Under the pieces are notes generated by a model, which made no database searches, had not been told where the DNA came from, and saw only the letters and a list, made by a program, of their open reading frames with translations. A DNA stretch of 64,000 bases from positions 178,312,001 through 178,376,000 of the forward strand of contig OZ024742.1 of assembly GCA_964016885.1 (NCBI GenBank), written 5' to 3'. This document shows, one piece after another, positions 53,530 to 64,000 of this stretch (its first letter is position 1; each line of letters begins with the position of its first letter). The position numbers were made by a program, and so were the translations under genes. Source of the stretch: Eledone cirrhosa (Eukaryota).

Positions 53530-55124
53530 ATTTTTGTTCGCTTATAATTCTATTTCGTAAACAATCCGAATGGTGTCAAGAACGATAATCCTGTTGAAAC
53601 ATCCTGTTTATCTCCCTTGAATTAGCACTCGTTTCTGTTCTGACTGCTTCATTTACACTTACTACCCCTCTCCCTCTTCCCCTCTCTCTTCTTCCTTCTC
53701 TCGAATCTAAATCCGGATTTCTTTTAGCATCTCTTTCTCTCCCTATCTATCTTTCTTTCTCTCTCTCTCCTACAATTATTTTTTTTCTTTTTCATTGCAA
53801 GCATTCTATAATTCAATTGAAATTAAAGAGAAAATGTGATAAAAACTATCCAATAAAAATGGCAATAAGGAAACAAAAATGAAAGAGGAAAAACAAAAAC
53901 AAAAAAGTAATTAAGCAACGAAAGAAAGGTAAAAGTGGGTAACAACAGACTGTGCACTCCAGTGGTATGTTCAGCTGCGTTCCACGGACAAAATGGTGAA
54001 AGCATGGCCATGGAGAACGGTCAGCGACACCCGCTGCAACAACCACCGGCACGAAAAGGAAGCGGCGGTCAAGCCCTGGTATTAGGTTATCTCCATTCAG
54101 ACGATTAGTGCCTTCTTTCGTTGTAGGTGATAGATAAGAGATGATCTTCTAGTAGAAGGATGTTTCGCATCCTATGACACCAGCGCTTGATTTTTGTCAT
54201 TGTTCATTATAATTATACAACACATGTCGGTCCCTCAAGAACTTATCCAATCTTATGTCAAATGTAAGTACCGATTTTGCCTCTACTCCTTCCATGGTCA
54301 ATTTGTTCAAAATGTCAACCACTCTGTAGCAGAACGAGTATTAGCATTTAAACCGGCCGTATCCGGCCAGAATTCTCTCATCTCTTTCTATTGTAATCGG
54401 CTGTTCATATTCATGTTAAGAAATTATTCTCAAAATAAATAATATCAAAATCTCATAGAACCGATATTATGTGTGATAATGTGTTTACCGTGAAAATACA
54501 ATAGTAAATATAGAGTAATGTAAATACTAAATATCAAAAGTCTTGCTTTTTTTTTTTTTTTTTTTCGCAGTTTGTATTTATGTCCCCTAGTCGAAGCTTG
54601 GTTAACATCTCTCTCACACACATGTTGCTCCAATCTATTGTGTTGTATTTGTAATTCAAAGGGCCAGATTTATCACACAGTGTTAGGCTGAATCACCCTG
54701 CCAATTATATTAAGAAAATTATTAGGCCTGTCGAATGCTCAGTCACTTACACGTTAATTTCACGAGCCGACTGTTCCGTTGTTCAAACAACTAGAACGCT
54801 CATCGTTGAAATCGATGGAATTCCAACAACACCATTCATTATCTTTCCGGGCGGTGGATTGGCAGTATTGGGAGAGGGTCGGACGCCATGCTTTGACGTA
54901 TAGAGTTACGGTCCTTGCCATTCTGAGTTCAAATCCCGCCGAGGTTGACTTTGCCTTTCATCCTTACGGGGTCGATAAAATAAAGTACCAGTAATGCACT
55001 GGGTAATTGCTAGCCTTGTTCCTAACGTAGAAACAATTATTTATTATCTTTCCTTCCCTTGCTTTTATTTATTTATGGCTGCAAGATTAATCTTCATGAA
55101 ATTAATATTAATTAATTGTTGATG

Positions 55125-55530
55125 CAATATGCATTCGGCAACAGATCCAGGTTTCGTTGCCCAGCAAACTGAATATCGCAAACTGGTGAAGTATCGGCTG
55201 CTATAGGCTTGTCGTTGAACCAATAACTGAAGACTTCTAGTGTTCTAGGTTCTTATACCACCTACCTACTTACTACTCTTGGGGCGGAGTTGGCCACACG
55301 CAGAATTGAGCCCCACGAAGTGAACTGGCTTCTTGTCAAAATCTATAGCGAAGCAGACTTCTAGCCTCATGATTCCCCATACCACCTCCCTACTGATTGA
55401 TATCGGAATGGAGTTCGCCACTAGTATGAGTGAGCCTCACGAACTAGAATGGCTATTTCAACGCGTCTCCCTCGTTATCCTCCGAAGTAACGCTTTCTCT
55501 AGTCTGTCTGCTGGAAACATAAGGTGACAT
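55125..55530 (+). mobile_element. CRE-like RLE C-terminal fragments (partly duplicated in tandem)
   Basis: SATDPGFVA..EYRKLVKY and EPHELEWLFQRVSLVILRSNA motifs. Confidence 0.6.
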
Positions 55531-55859
55531 GTGCCTGGGGTTCTGTATCTTTAAGAGCGTTCTCCTGCATTTTCAAGGAATATATCATTGTAGTACTGAT
55601 GGTGGTGTTCTGAGTAAATCTATGGAACAAGACCAGTCTTGATAATCATCACAGACACGGTCACCAGTAAGGCCGTCAGCCATGGCTACTATATCATATA
55701 AAGCAGACGATAACAAAAATCATAATAATAATCGGATGGAATCCTTATCAATTTTTTTGTTGGGCAGAAGAATAGAGTGATGAAAGGTTGTTGTTGTTTT
55801 TTTAAGTATGTGATCAAAATATTACAAAGAAACACAGTGAGGTATACCTCCACTGCGCT

Positions 55860-56220
55860 CCGCACAAAAATGGCTAAGGTAATCACGTAGAACAGCCAGC
55901 GACCTTCGCTGCACCAACCATCCTCTTTACGAGGCTTTTCTCAAACAAGTGCACTCTTCCCTGTTTTGCTGAGGAAAATGGCAGCCGGGGACCAAGGATA
56001 CCGGAAGTTTTTCGACAGTCACCGTCACAAAAAGGAGACTGCATTACGGGCTACAGTGCCCAGATCTGTGACCGTAGCGATGAAGCTGCAAGCGGTGAAC
56101 GTGTCGCGGCATGTAGTTTTCCAGATTAAAAAGATACTCCGCTTGAACGGGAAAATGCTTATTCCGCCTGGGCAACTTACCATCACCATAGGCGAAAGTG
56201 GCAGGCTTTGTATTTCAAGG
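55860..56220 (-). mobile_element. CRE-like RLE fragment
   Basis: Minus strand reads DGKLP.GISIFPF...LIW.TTCRDTF...TDLGTVARNA, resembling the CRE consensus RPDG..L.WD.TC.DT. Confidence 0.55.
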
Positions 56221-56653
56221 GAAATAACTTTGTATTCGCATATGCAAGAGATTTCTCTCCCATGTGTCAGTTCTTAAAACCACACAGAAAATGAATGAAT
56301 ATAACATAAAATGCACAGCAGTGCGTGTATGTATATATATACACATATATATTATATACATATCTGTGTGTGTACATGTGTATACATTAAGATACATATT
56401 CCTGATGATTACATACGAATGAAACAGTTCTAGTCCAATAGAAGCCATTTCTATATAATAACACAATACTTACAGAACGAAAGCACAAATAAATATAATA
56501 TAAAGAAAAGGGAATGGAAAAACAAAAAAGAAAGAGAAAAAGAAAAGACACAGGAGTGGGTAGCATACACATCTAGGACCACATAAACAAAGGGCAGGCA
56601 AAAAGAGTGGACAACCGAGCCGCTACCAGAACGAGGAGCACTGGGAAACCTCT

Positions 56654-56955
56654 CTAATAATTTTTGAGGCAAACCAGCATGTTCGCAGCGTTTCCTCGGG
56701 TGATGGCGAGGCTGGTGCGTTGGAACAACCAAGCGCCCTCATGAGCTTCACCAGTTACCTCTGTTAGGCGAGCCACCAATGAAGATAAGAATCTCGCAGT
56801 CAGTAGCCCCACTCCTCCAAACGTCTCGAACGCCACAGGCTGGAAAATGTAGTTGGCCGACAGATCACGGTATTTTAGGATTTTGTTCCATTCGGCAGCA
56901 GAAAGTTGTGGCTCTCACCCTAACCGCAGCATCCAGGATGTGGGAAGAAGCAAAA
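56654..56955 (-). mobile_element. CRE-like RLE C-terminal fragment
   Basis: AAE..K..KY..L...FQPVAFETFGG...WLFQRTSLAITRGNA. Confidence 0.75.
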
Positions 56956-57311
56956 GAGTCAATATGGATGTTTATACTCTACTAATGTTTTGAGTACCCT
57001 ATTTACTGTGGTTACCCATGACTTAACTCGGGATCCACACACACCACACACACACACAAATAATGTTATATCTGTATAAACCGAGACTGCACCAACGTAC
57101 GTAAATCTGATATGGAGGCATGTAAACATGCCAAAGATTACGAATTTCTTTAATCGATTGTCGGATCTCATAGGACTCTCATCAGAAGACGTATATATTA
57201 TCCGATCAATGAGAAAGATGTATTTGATGTGTATATATATATACACCCTTGCGTCCCTCATAGTACCTTTTGTGCCATTCTAAAACCCATCTCGTCACCG
57301 AGTGCTTCTAA

Positions 57312-57780
57312 CAATAATAATAATAAAATTACTGTGTACAGTGCTCAGGTGCACTACAACTCATCAAAGGTGCATGTATAGTACATAGAATAATGTACAA
57401 ATGTCAGGAAAGTGAGTCATGATATACATGTGAGCATGTGTATGGAGCGGAGATATCAGGTGTAGTGTTGGCGAATTTCGGGAAGCATGGAGGTTTTAAA
57501 GGATGCAGTGTCTCAACAGCTAACAACTGATGCAGGTAGTTTGTTCCATGCTTCAGCAACTCTGAGCATGGAAAAATGTTTCCGAAAGTCATGGGAGCTG
57601 TGCTATTTTCTGACTTAGTATGCATGCCCACGTGTGTTAGACACAAGGAAATCAAAAAGGTGCTCAGGGTTGTTGTTGGCAAGATGGTTTATAATTTTGT
57701 GGGTGTTTACCAAGTCAATTGGCATACGTCGGAGCTTCAATGTACCCATGTCCAGTCCAGAGAAGCAAGGCATTCGGAGT
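57312..57780 (-). mobile_element. CR1/L2-type LINE 3' end with (TTA)n tail
   Basis: Reverse homolog of 51975-52372. Confidence 0.82.
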
Positions 57781-58559
57781 ATGGAAACAAGGCATTCAGA
57801 GTATGCCTGAGGGAGTTCTCCTCAGCCAGTGCTCGACAGCCTAAAATTAGGGAGCTGTTAACAACAGCACACGAAAAAATGTACAATAGGTGCAGAGAGC
57901 TGAGCTTTCAGTTATATACTCCCCGGATATTACATCCCATGGTGATGCAACCCATTAGTCCCTACCTTACTCATAGCTCACACAGCTCACTTAGTATCAT
58001 TACTTTTCTGACACAGCTTGAATATATATAGGTATGGTTTCTACTCTGGTGTGTGCTTCCTGTCGCTAACCATGTTATGAGGTGTACTAATACCAAGTGC
58101 ATTTTTGTAGAGAGTCTGTTGATCATAGACCCAACTAAAGGGCCCTCTGTGCTTGAGGGGGAGACAATAAGGGAAGGAGATAGGTATAAAGTTATGTGTC
58201 TGTGATGATTTGGTTAGGCAATGAGTAAGGGGAGGGGGTTGATAGTGAATGGGGAGATGGGATGTTGTAGTGGTAGTGTGTGTGTGGCGGGGGGGGGGGG
58301 GGATAGAGTGCGAGGAGTAATAATGGAGAGATAGCACAGGGGTTAGAGAGAGAGTCGCTATTAGGGTGCGATAGTGAGGGTATCAAAGGCTTTTAGAGAA
58401 AAGACTAGTTAAGGAGTGGTACTGGAGGAGGCATGGGTGGTGTTGCGGTGGTGAAAATAGCTGCTGGGTAGTGCTAGTGGCAGGGGCGATACAAGCATGG
58501 GTCAGGTCATATTGTATACTTGTGGCCAGGACTTTATCTTCAGAGTGTAGCACCAGCTC

Positions 58560-60400
58560 TCTTGTTCATTTGTCATCTCAGTTGTGAGCTTAGTTTCTTA
58601 AGGTTGCTCACTAACACATCCCAAGTCTTCCCAAATCCGCCTTTTCCGTGGGTTTCAGCCACTGAGATTTCTCTAGATAGTGAAAGCTATCAACAACTTC
58701 TAGGGAGCCCTCCTGGCAGCTGAAGGTTTCATGTATGCTCTTTGTACTCACTTCTGCTGTGCATCTGCCTCATATAAAGTCTTTTCTCTTAGCTTACCTG
58801 CAATCCCACTTCATCTCTTATGCATCCATAAATTACAGTGTGCAACTTATGGAAATTCTGCTCACCTCTTCCTGACATATCAAACAAGGCAACTTTCCTG
58901 TCATCTTTCCTACTTATTAAGACTTTCATCTTTGCTAAATTTACTTTTAGGCCTTTCAACACCAGGTTCTTCTTCCAAGCTTGAAATTTTGCCTGTAACT
59001 TTCCTATGGATTCAGCTATAAGCACTAGGTCATAAGCATATAGGAGCTCCAAGGGAGTGCCAATTTTAAACACCTCAGTGATGGCCTGAAGTACAATGAT
59101 AAGCAGGAGTGGACTGAGGACTGATTCCCGGTGGACTTCCACCTGCACTTCAAATTCATCAGCACTTCAAATTGTCAGCTCTCATACTGCTAGTTGCTAC
59201 TCTATACATGGCCAGGATGATCCTCACAAGCCATTTGTCTACACCTAAGTGCCCACCAGATTATTGAGTGTGGGCCCCATCAAAGGCCTCCAGATCTACA
59301 AATGCTAGATAGAGTGGGTTACTCTTATCTAAGTAACTCTCCTGTACCAGAAAGAGGGCAACAGAAGTACCCCTACCTGGCATAAATCGAAACTGTATCT
59401 CATCTAACCTGATTCTTTTCCTAATTACTTGATGGCTCAGTAGTTACTTCTCTCTAGTGCATCTCATTTGCCCTTATAGCAATTTACAATGATACTTCAG
59501 TGCCAGTCGTTCAGTATGATACCATACTGTACTACTTGATTAACTATGTATCTGACTAGCTTGTATCCTACCATGCCATATGCTTTTAGCATTTCAGTGA
59601 CCATACCGGATGGTTCAGTTGCTTTCATTAAACTTCATGTCCTTGATTGCATTATCTATCATACTGCTGTCACCTTTTATGGTTGGTCCCTCAGTAGGGT
59701 CTGTATGGGGTAGACCCTCACTGTCCCATTTATTTTCCTTGTTCAGCAGCCTCTCATAGTATGTCTTCCATGCCTCTTTCTTTTCAGCACCAGACAAGGA
59801 AAATGCCCTACTGTCATTTCAAACACACTTTTCTCCAACCACATCGTGATTTTTTCTAGTATACTGTCTTGCAATCCTGAACACTTCCCACTTCTGATCC
59901 TCACGATGCAAAACATGTGTAAACTTCTTTTCTGCCTCTCCCCTCACTAAATATACTTGGCACTTGGCTTCCCTTCTAGCTATCTGGTATTGCTTTCTGT
60001 CTACTCCATTCACTCCAGGCTTGTCTTTTTGTTTTAATGACTCTTTGGCAGGAATTTGCTCCAGCTCATGGCTTCAATAAGGTTGTCCTGTAGAAATTCC
60101 AACTTTTTCTCTTTGTTATATATCCTTAACCCCTATTCCTTGCGGTCGTAGGCATCAAGAAGGATTTCTCTAAATTTGATACCTACAAAGGGTTCTCTCA
60201 TTTTCCATGTCTTCCTTCTCCAGACTAGCTTTTGTCTTTTGATCCACCTAACCCTTACTCTAAGGTCACTGACAACTAATCTATGTTGGGAGGTACATTC
60301 TTCCCCAGGAAAGGACTTAGTATTTACAACCATTTATCTGTTTTGTTTCTTGGTGAGGATGAAGTCTATTTGGATGCCCCTCTGATTTGTAGGTAATCAT
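58560..60400 (-). mobile_element. Degenerate RTE-clade LINE
   Basis: Broken frames with SQHRLVVSD, WKTYYERLLN, SVLSPLL, ELLYA.DLVL. Confidence 0.8.
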
Positions 60401-60524
60401 GCATGTCAGGTTTTTTGTGTTTTGTATATGAATATATAAATCCCAATTTTGATTATCCTACTCCTCCAGGCCATAACAGAGGAGTTTAATATTGGTTACA
60501 CATGGGAACTTTTATATGTTGATT

Positions 60525-61050
60525 ACCTGAACCTCATTGCTGAATCTGTAAAATAAAAGAACTAGAGAATAAATTCCAGTTGTGGAAACAGAACTTAGAA
60601 TCAAAAGGGCTTAGCGTAACTTTAGCAAAAACCAAAATGTTAATAAGCAGGAAAGAAGATAGGGAACCAATCTCATCAGGGAAATGGCCTTGCTTGATAT
60701 GTAGAATATGAGTAGGTATAACCTCTATATGATGTACACAATGCAAATCTTGGATACACAAGAGGTGTAGTGGGTTAACATCCAGTCTAACAGAAAAGGA
60801 TAACTTTGTATGTACGAGATGTTCAGGGTCAGTCGATAGTAAGGGTGCCAATAATAAAATATATAATATAAACTTTTCCAATCCCAGGAAGGATCCATAG
60901 AAGTTGTAGATAGTTTCTGTGATATAATCAGCAGTGGGGTGGGGATGTTCAGAGAGTATAGTAGCTAGAATAAGGATAGGATGGAAGAAATTTAGGGAAC
61001 TGCTATCCTGCTAACAACAAAAGGTTTCTATCTATGAATGAAAGAGTGGC
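60525..61050 (+). mobile_element. Degenerate RTE-clade LINE fragment
   Basis: ELLY.D.L, SGKWPC, WIHKRCSG, RIGWKKFREL remnants. Confidence 0.75.
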
Positions 61051-61691
61051 TGTATATATATATATGTATATTATTATTAAAACCAGTTATTGCAATGGAG
61101 CCATATCAGGAACATATGTTTCGTTGGCTTGGAGGATCAGCTTTTTCGATCTATACCAATGTAAAGGAACCAGTTCCTTTCACCAAAATAGGTTGAAAAA
61201 GTTGGTCCTCCAGGCCAACAAAATGTACATTCCTGGTATGGATTTGTTATAGTAAATGGTCTTAATAATGATATACATGTATATGCATTATATATATATA
61301 TATATATACTGTATATATATATATATCATCATCATCATCATTTTACGTCCACTTTTCCCTGCTTGCAAGGGTGGGACGGGAACTGATTCTGGCTTGATTT
61401 CTACAGCTGGATGCCCTTCCTAACACCAACCTCATTTACAGTGAGTGCTGGGTGCTTTTTTTGCCGTGGCACCTCCACGACCACTTTTCAGTGGAATGAT
61501 AGGGACCCCAGTCCCTATCATCTCATTTCTACAGCTGAGTAAACTGAAGCAATGTGAAATAAAGTGTCTTGCTTAAGGAAACAACACATCACCCGGTCTG
61601 AGAATTGAACTCACAACCTTTCAATTGCAAGGCCAATGCTCTAACCACTAAGCCATGTGCCTCCATACATTTATATGTATGTATAAATGTA

Positions 61692-63382
61692 TCATCATCA
61701 TCATCATCATCACCGTTTTACGTCCGTTCTTCCACGCTAGCATGGGTTAGACGGGTTGTCCTGTTGTGGGCAGTGTCTGGTCGGCTGACCATGCCTTGCT
61801 CATACAGGAACTGATCTGGCTTGATTTCTACAGCTGGATGCCCTTCCTAACACCAACCTCATTTACAGTGAGTGCTGGGTGCTTTTTCGTGGCGCCTACA
61901 CGTCCACTTTACAGTGTGGGCTGGGTGCTTTTTTGCCGTGGCACCTCCACGGCCACCTTGCGGTGGGGGGGGGGCATATTGTTTATATGCTTCAGCATGT
62001 ACCCATGGGAGGTCGGGTACCCTGTATTACTGCGTGACGCCAGAAGTCACGGTCGTGTGTCATTGACTTTGAGAGGTGTAGTTGGGTAAGGTCGGCTTTT
62101 ATCACCTCATCCCAAGTCATCTTGGGTCTCCCCACTCCGCGGTTTCCATCAACTTCTAGTGCTCTGCACCTTTTTATGCAGCTGTCATCCTTCATACGCA
62201 TCACATGTCCATACCAGCGTAACCGCCTCTCCTGCACGCAGCATTTGATTCCTCTTATGCTCAGTCTCTCTCTCAATTCATTTATGCTTTGTCGTTCACG
62301 TATATTACTGTTACACATCCATCGGAGCATGCAGGCTTCGTTTCTCTCTAATCTACGTAAGTCTTCCACCTTCAGCGCCCAGGTCTCACTACCATGCAAC
62401 ATCGCTGTTCGGATACACGCATCATACAGTCTGCCTTTCATTCTGAGGGAGAAGCCTTTTGCAGCTAGCAGTGGTAGTAGTTCCCTAAACTTCTTCCATC
62501 CCGTTCTTACCCTAGTTATTGTACTTTCTGAGCACCCACCTCCGTTGCTAATTCGGTCACCTAGGTAGCAGAAGCTGTCTACTGTTTCTACAGGGCCCTC
62601 CCAGAGATTGGTGGTACTTGTTTCCTGTGGCTGTTTGCTTGCTGTTTCAGCACAGCTGCTGCATGTGAATCCTACATTCTTAATTAAGCTTCCTGAGATC
62701 CCGCTACATCTCTTGTGTACCCATTGTTTGCATTTGGGGCAAAGAATGGAGTTCCTACCTACACCTTTCCTACATACTGAGCAAGGCCATTTCCCTGAGG
62801 GGATCTGGGTTCTGTTTTCTCGTCTACTTATAAGGACCTTAGTCTTTGTCATGTTGACTTTGAGGCCCTTTCTCTCTAGTCCCTGCTTCCAGGTTTGGAA
62901 TTTATTCTCTAGTTCTACCATAGATTCAGCTATGAGTGCGAGGTCATCAGCATACAGGAGTTCCCATGGGCATCCGGTCTTAAACTCCTCCGTTATTGCC
63001 TGCAGGACTATGATGAACAGGAGAGGGCTAAGAACAGAGCCCTGGTGGACCCCAACCTGTACGCTAAATTCCTCGCTATACTCATTGCCAATCCTAACTT
63101 TGCTGACTGCTCCCCTATACATGGCTTGTACCGCTTTCACAAGCCATTCATCTACTCCTAGTTTTCTAAGAGCCCACCAGATTACTGCACGTGGAACTCT
63201 GTCAAAGGCTTTCTCAAGGTCGACAAATGCCAAGTAGAGTGGCTTACTTTTAGCTAGGTACTTTTCCTGTAATTGCCTCACAAGGAAGAGCGCATCAGTG
63301 GTGCCTTTCCCTGGAACAAACCCAAATTGCATCTCGTCTATATTCACCCGGTCCCTAATCAGCTGTGCTATAACTCTTTCTG
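61692..63382 (-). mobile_element. RTE-clade LINE, 5'-truncated, with an intact 451-aa RT C-terminal frame (61992-63347)
   Basis: QFGF, DLEKAFDRV, GVHQGSVLSPLLF, LYADD, PHD-like C4HC3 insert, RRLRWYGHV; 3' UTR and (GAT)n tail. Confidence 0.93.
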
Positions 63383-63606
63383 TTCTATAACTCTTTCTGT
63401 ATATATATATATACGAGAAAATAAGGGAGTTTTCACTTTATGTTGGTAAAATCATATTTGTGTAGAATGATTATGTAAATAATCATGAAAGAACAGCTTG
63501 CAAGATATGTTTTCTCAATGTGGTTAATGGAGTTATGTAATCTTCCATGTGTTAAATCCTTGAGTATGGTACAAGGTTCCAAGAATTCATGGAGTAACGT
63601 AGTATA

Positions 63607-63938
63607 AAATATTGTATTAGGAAAAACAGGCAAGGAGTGAGGAGAAATTTGGAGAGAGATTTATTTGATTAGAAAGATCTAACACATGTTTCATTAACAA
63701 TTACATAATCATCTATGAGAGCTGCATAGGAATATTTTTCTATTTACTTATTCTCTGATGAATTGATGATTGCAAACATAATATGAATGAGTGAATAGAA
63801 AAAAATATTCCTATGCAACTCTTGAGATGATTATGTAATTGGTAAAGAAACACCTGTTAGATTATTATCAAATTATTATCAAATAAATCTCTCTCCAAAG
63901 TTCTTCTCACTCCTTGCTTGTTTTTCCTAATACAATAT
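63607..63938. repeat. Imperfect inverted repeat with ~145-bp arms
   Basis: ATATTGTATTAGGAAAAACA...TATTC mirrors GAATGAGTGAATAG...TGTTTTTCCTAATACAATAT. Confidence 0.85.
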
Positions 63939-64000
63939 ATATATAGTCCTTTACTTTACTTACCAATTCAGTTAGATCTGCACCCCTTTTTTTTTCATTA

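Noticed and set aside
55966-56277. 103-aa + strand ORF as a host exon or transposase
   Set aside because: The opposite strand better matches a CRE-type endonuclease.
62122-63237. + strand ORFs of 148 and 209 aa
   Set aside because: They are antisense shadows of the RTE reverse transcriptase frame.

Overview
AT-rich, microsatellite-dense animal genomic DNA, most likely a coleoid cephalopod such as Octopus (inferred from the SINE and microsatellite style, not proven). There is one host gene: a 7-exon, minus-strand PRCC-like gene (53529 to 38062, 430 aa, all introns GT-AG and in phase). Nearly everything else is mobile DNA. The most notable features are: (1) a ~12.4 kb nest (4.4-16.8 kb) in one (CATA)n microsatellite, holding two families of R4/Dong-like RLE retrotransposons (all + strand) and three related short RTE-like elements (all - strand), plus a mariner and a solo LTR; (2) Penelope-type GIY-YIG fragments and several minimal hammerhead ribozyme motifs in (TA)n/(CA)n-bounded segments, one apparently intact (24983-25053, - strand); (3) a deleted Gypsy-type LTR element whose primer-binding site contains ~32 nt of copied tRNA-Trp with a substitution at the m1A58 position; (4) several long inverted repeats in and just beyond PRCC. 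No database searches were possible, so family names rest on recognised motifs and novelty is unverified.
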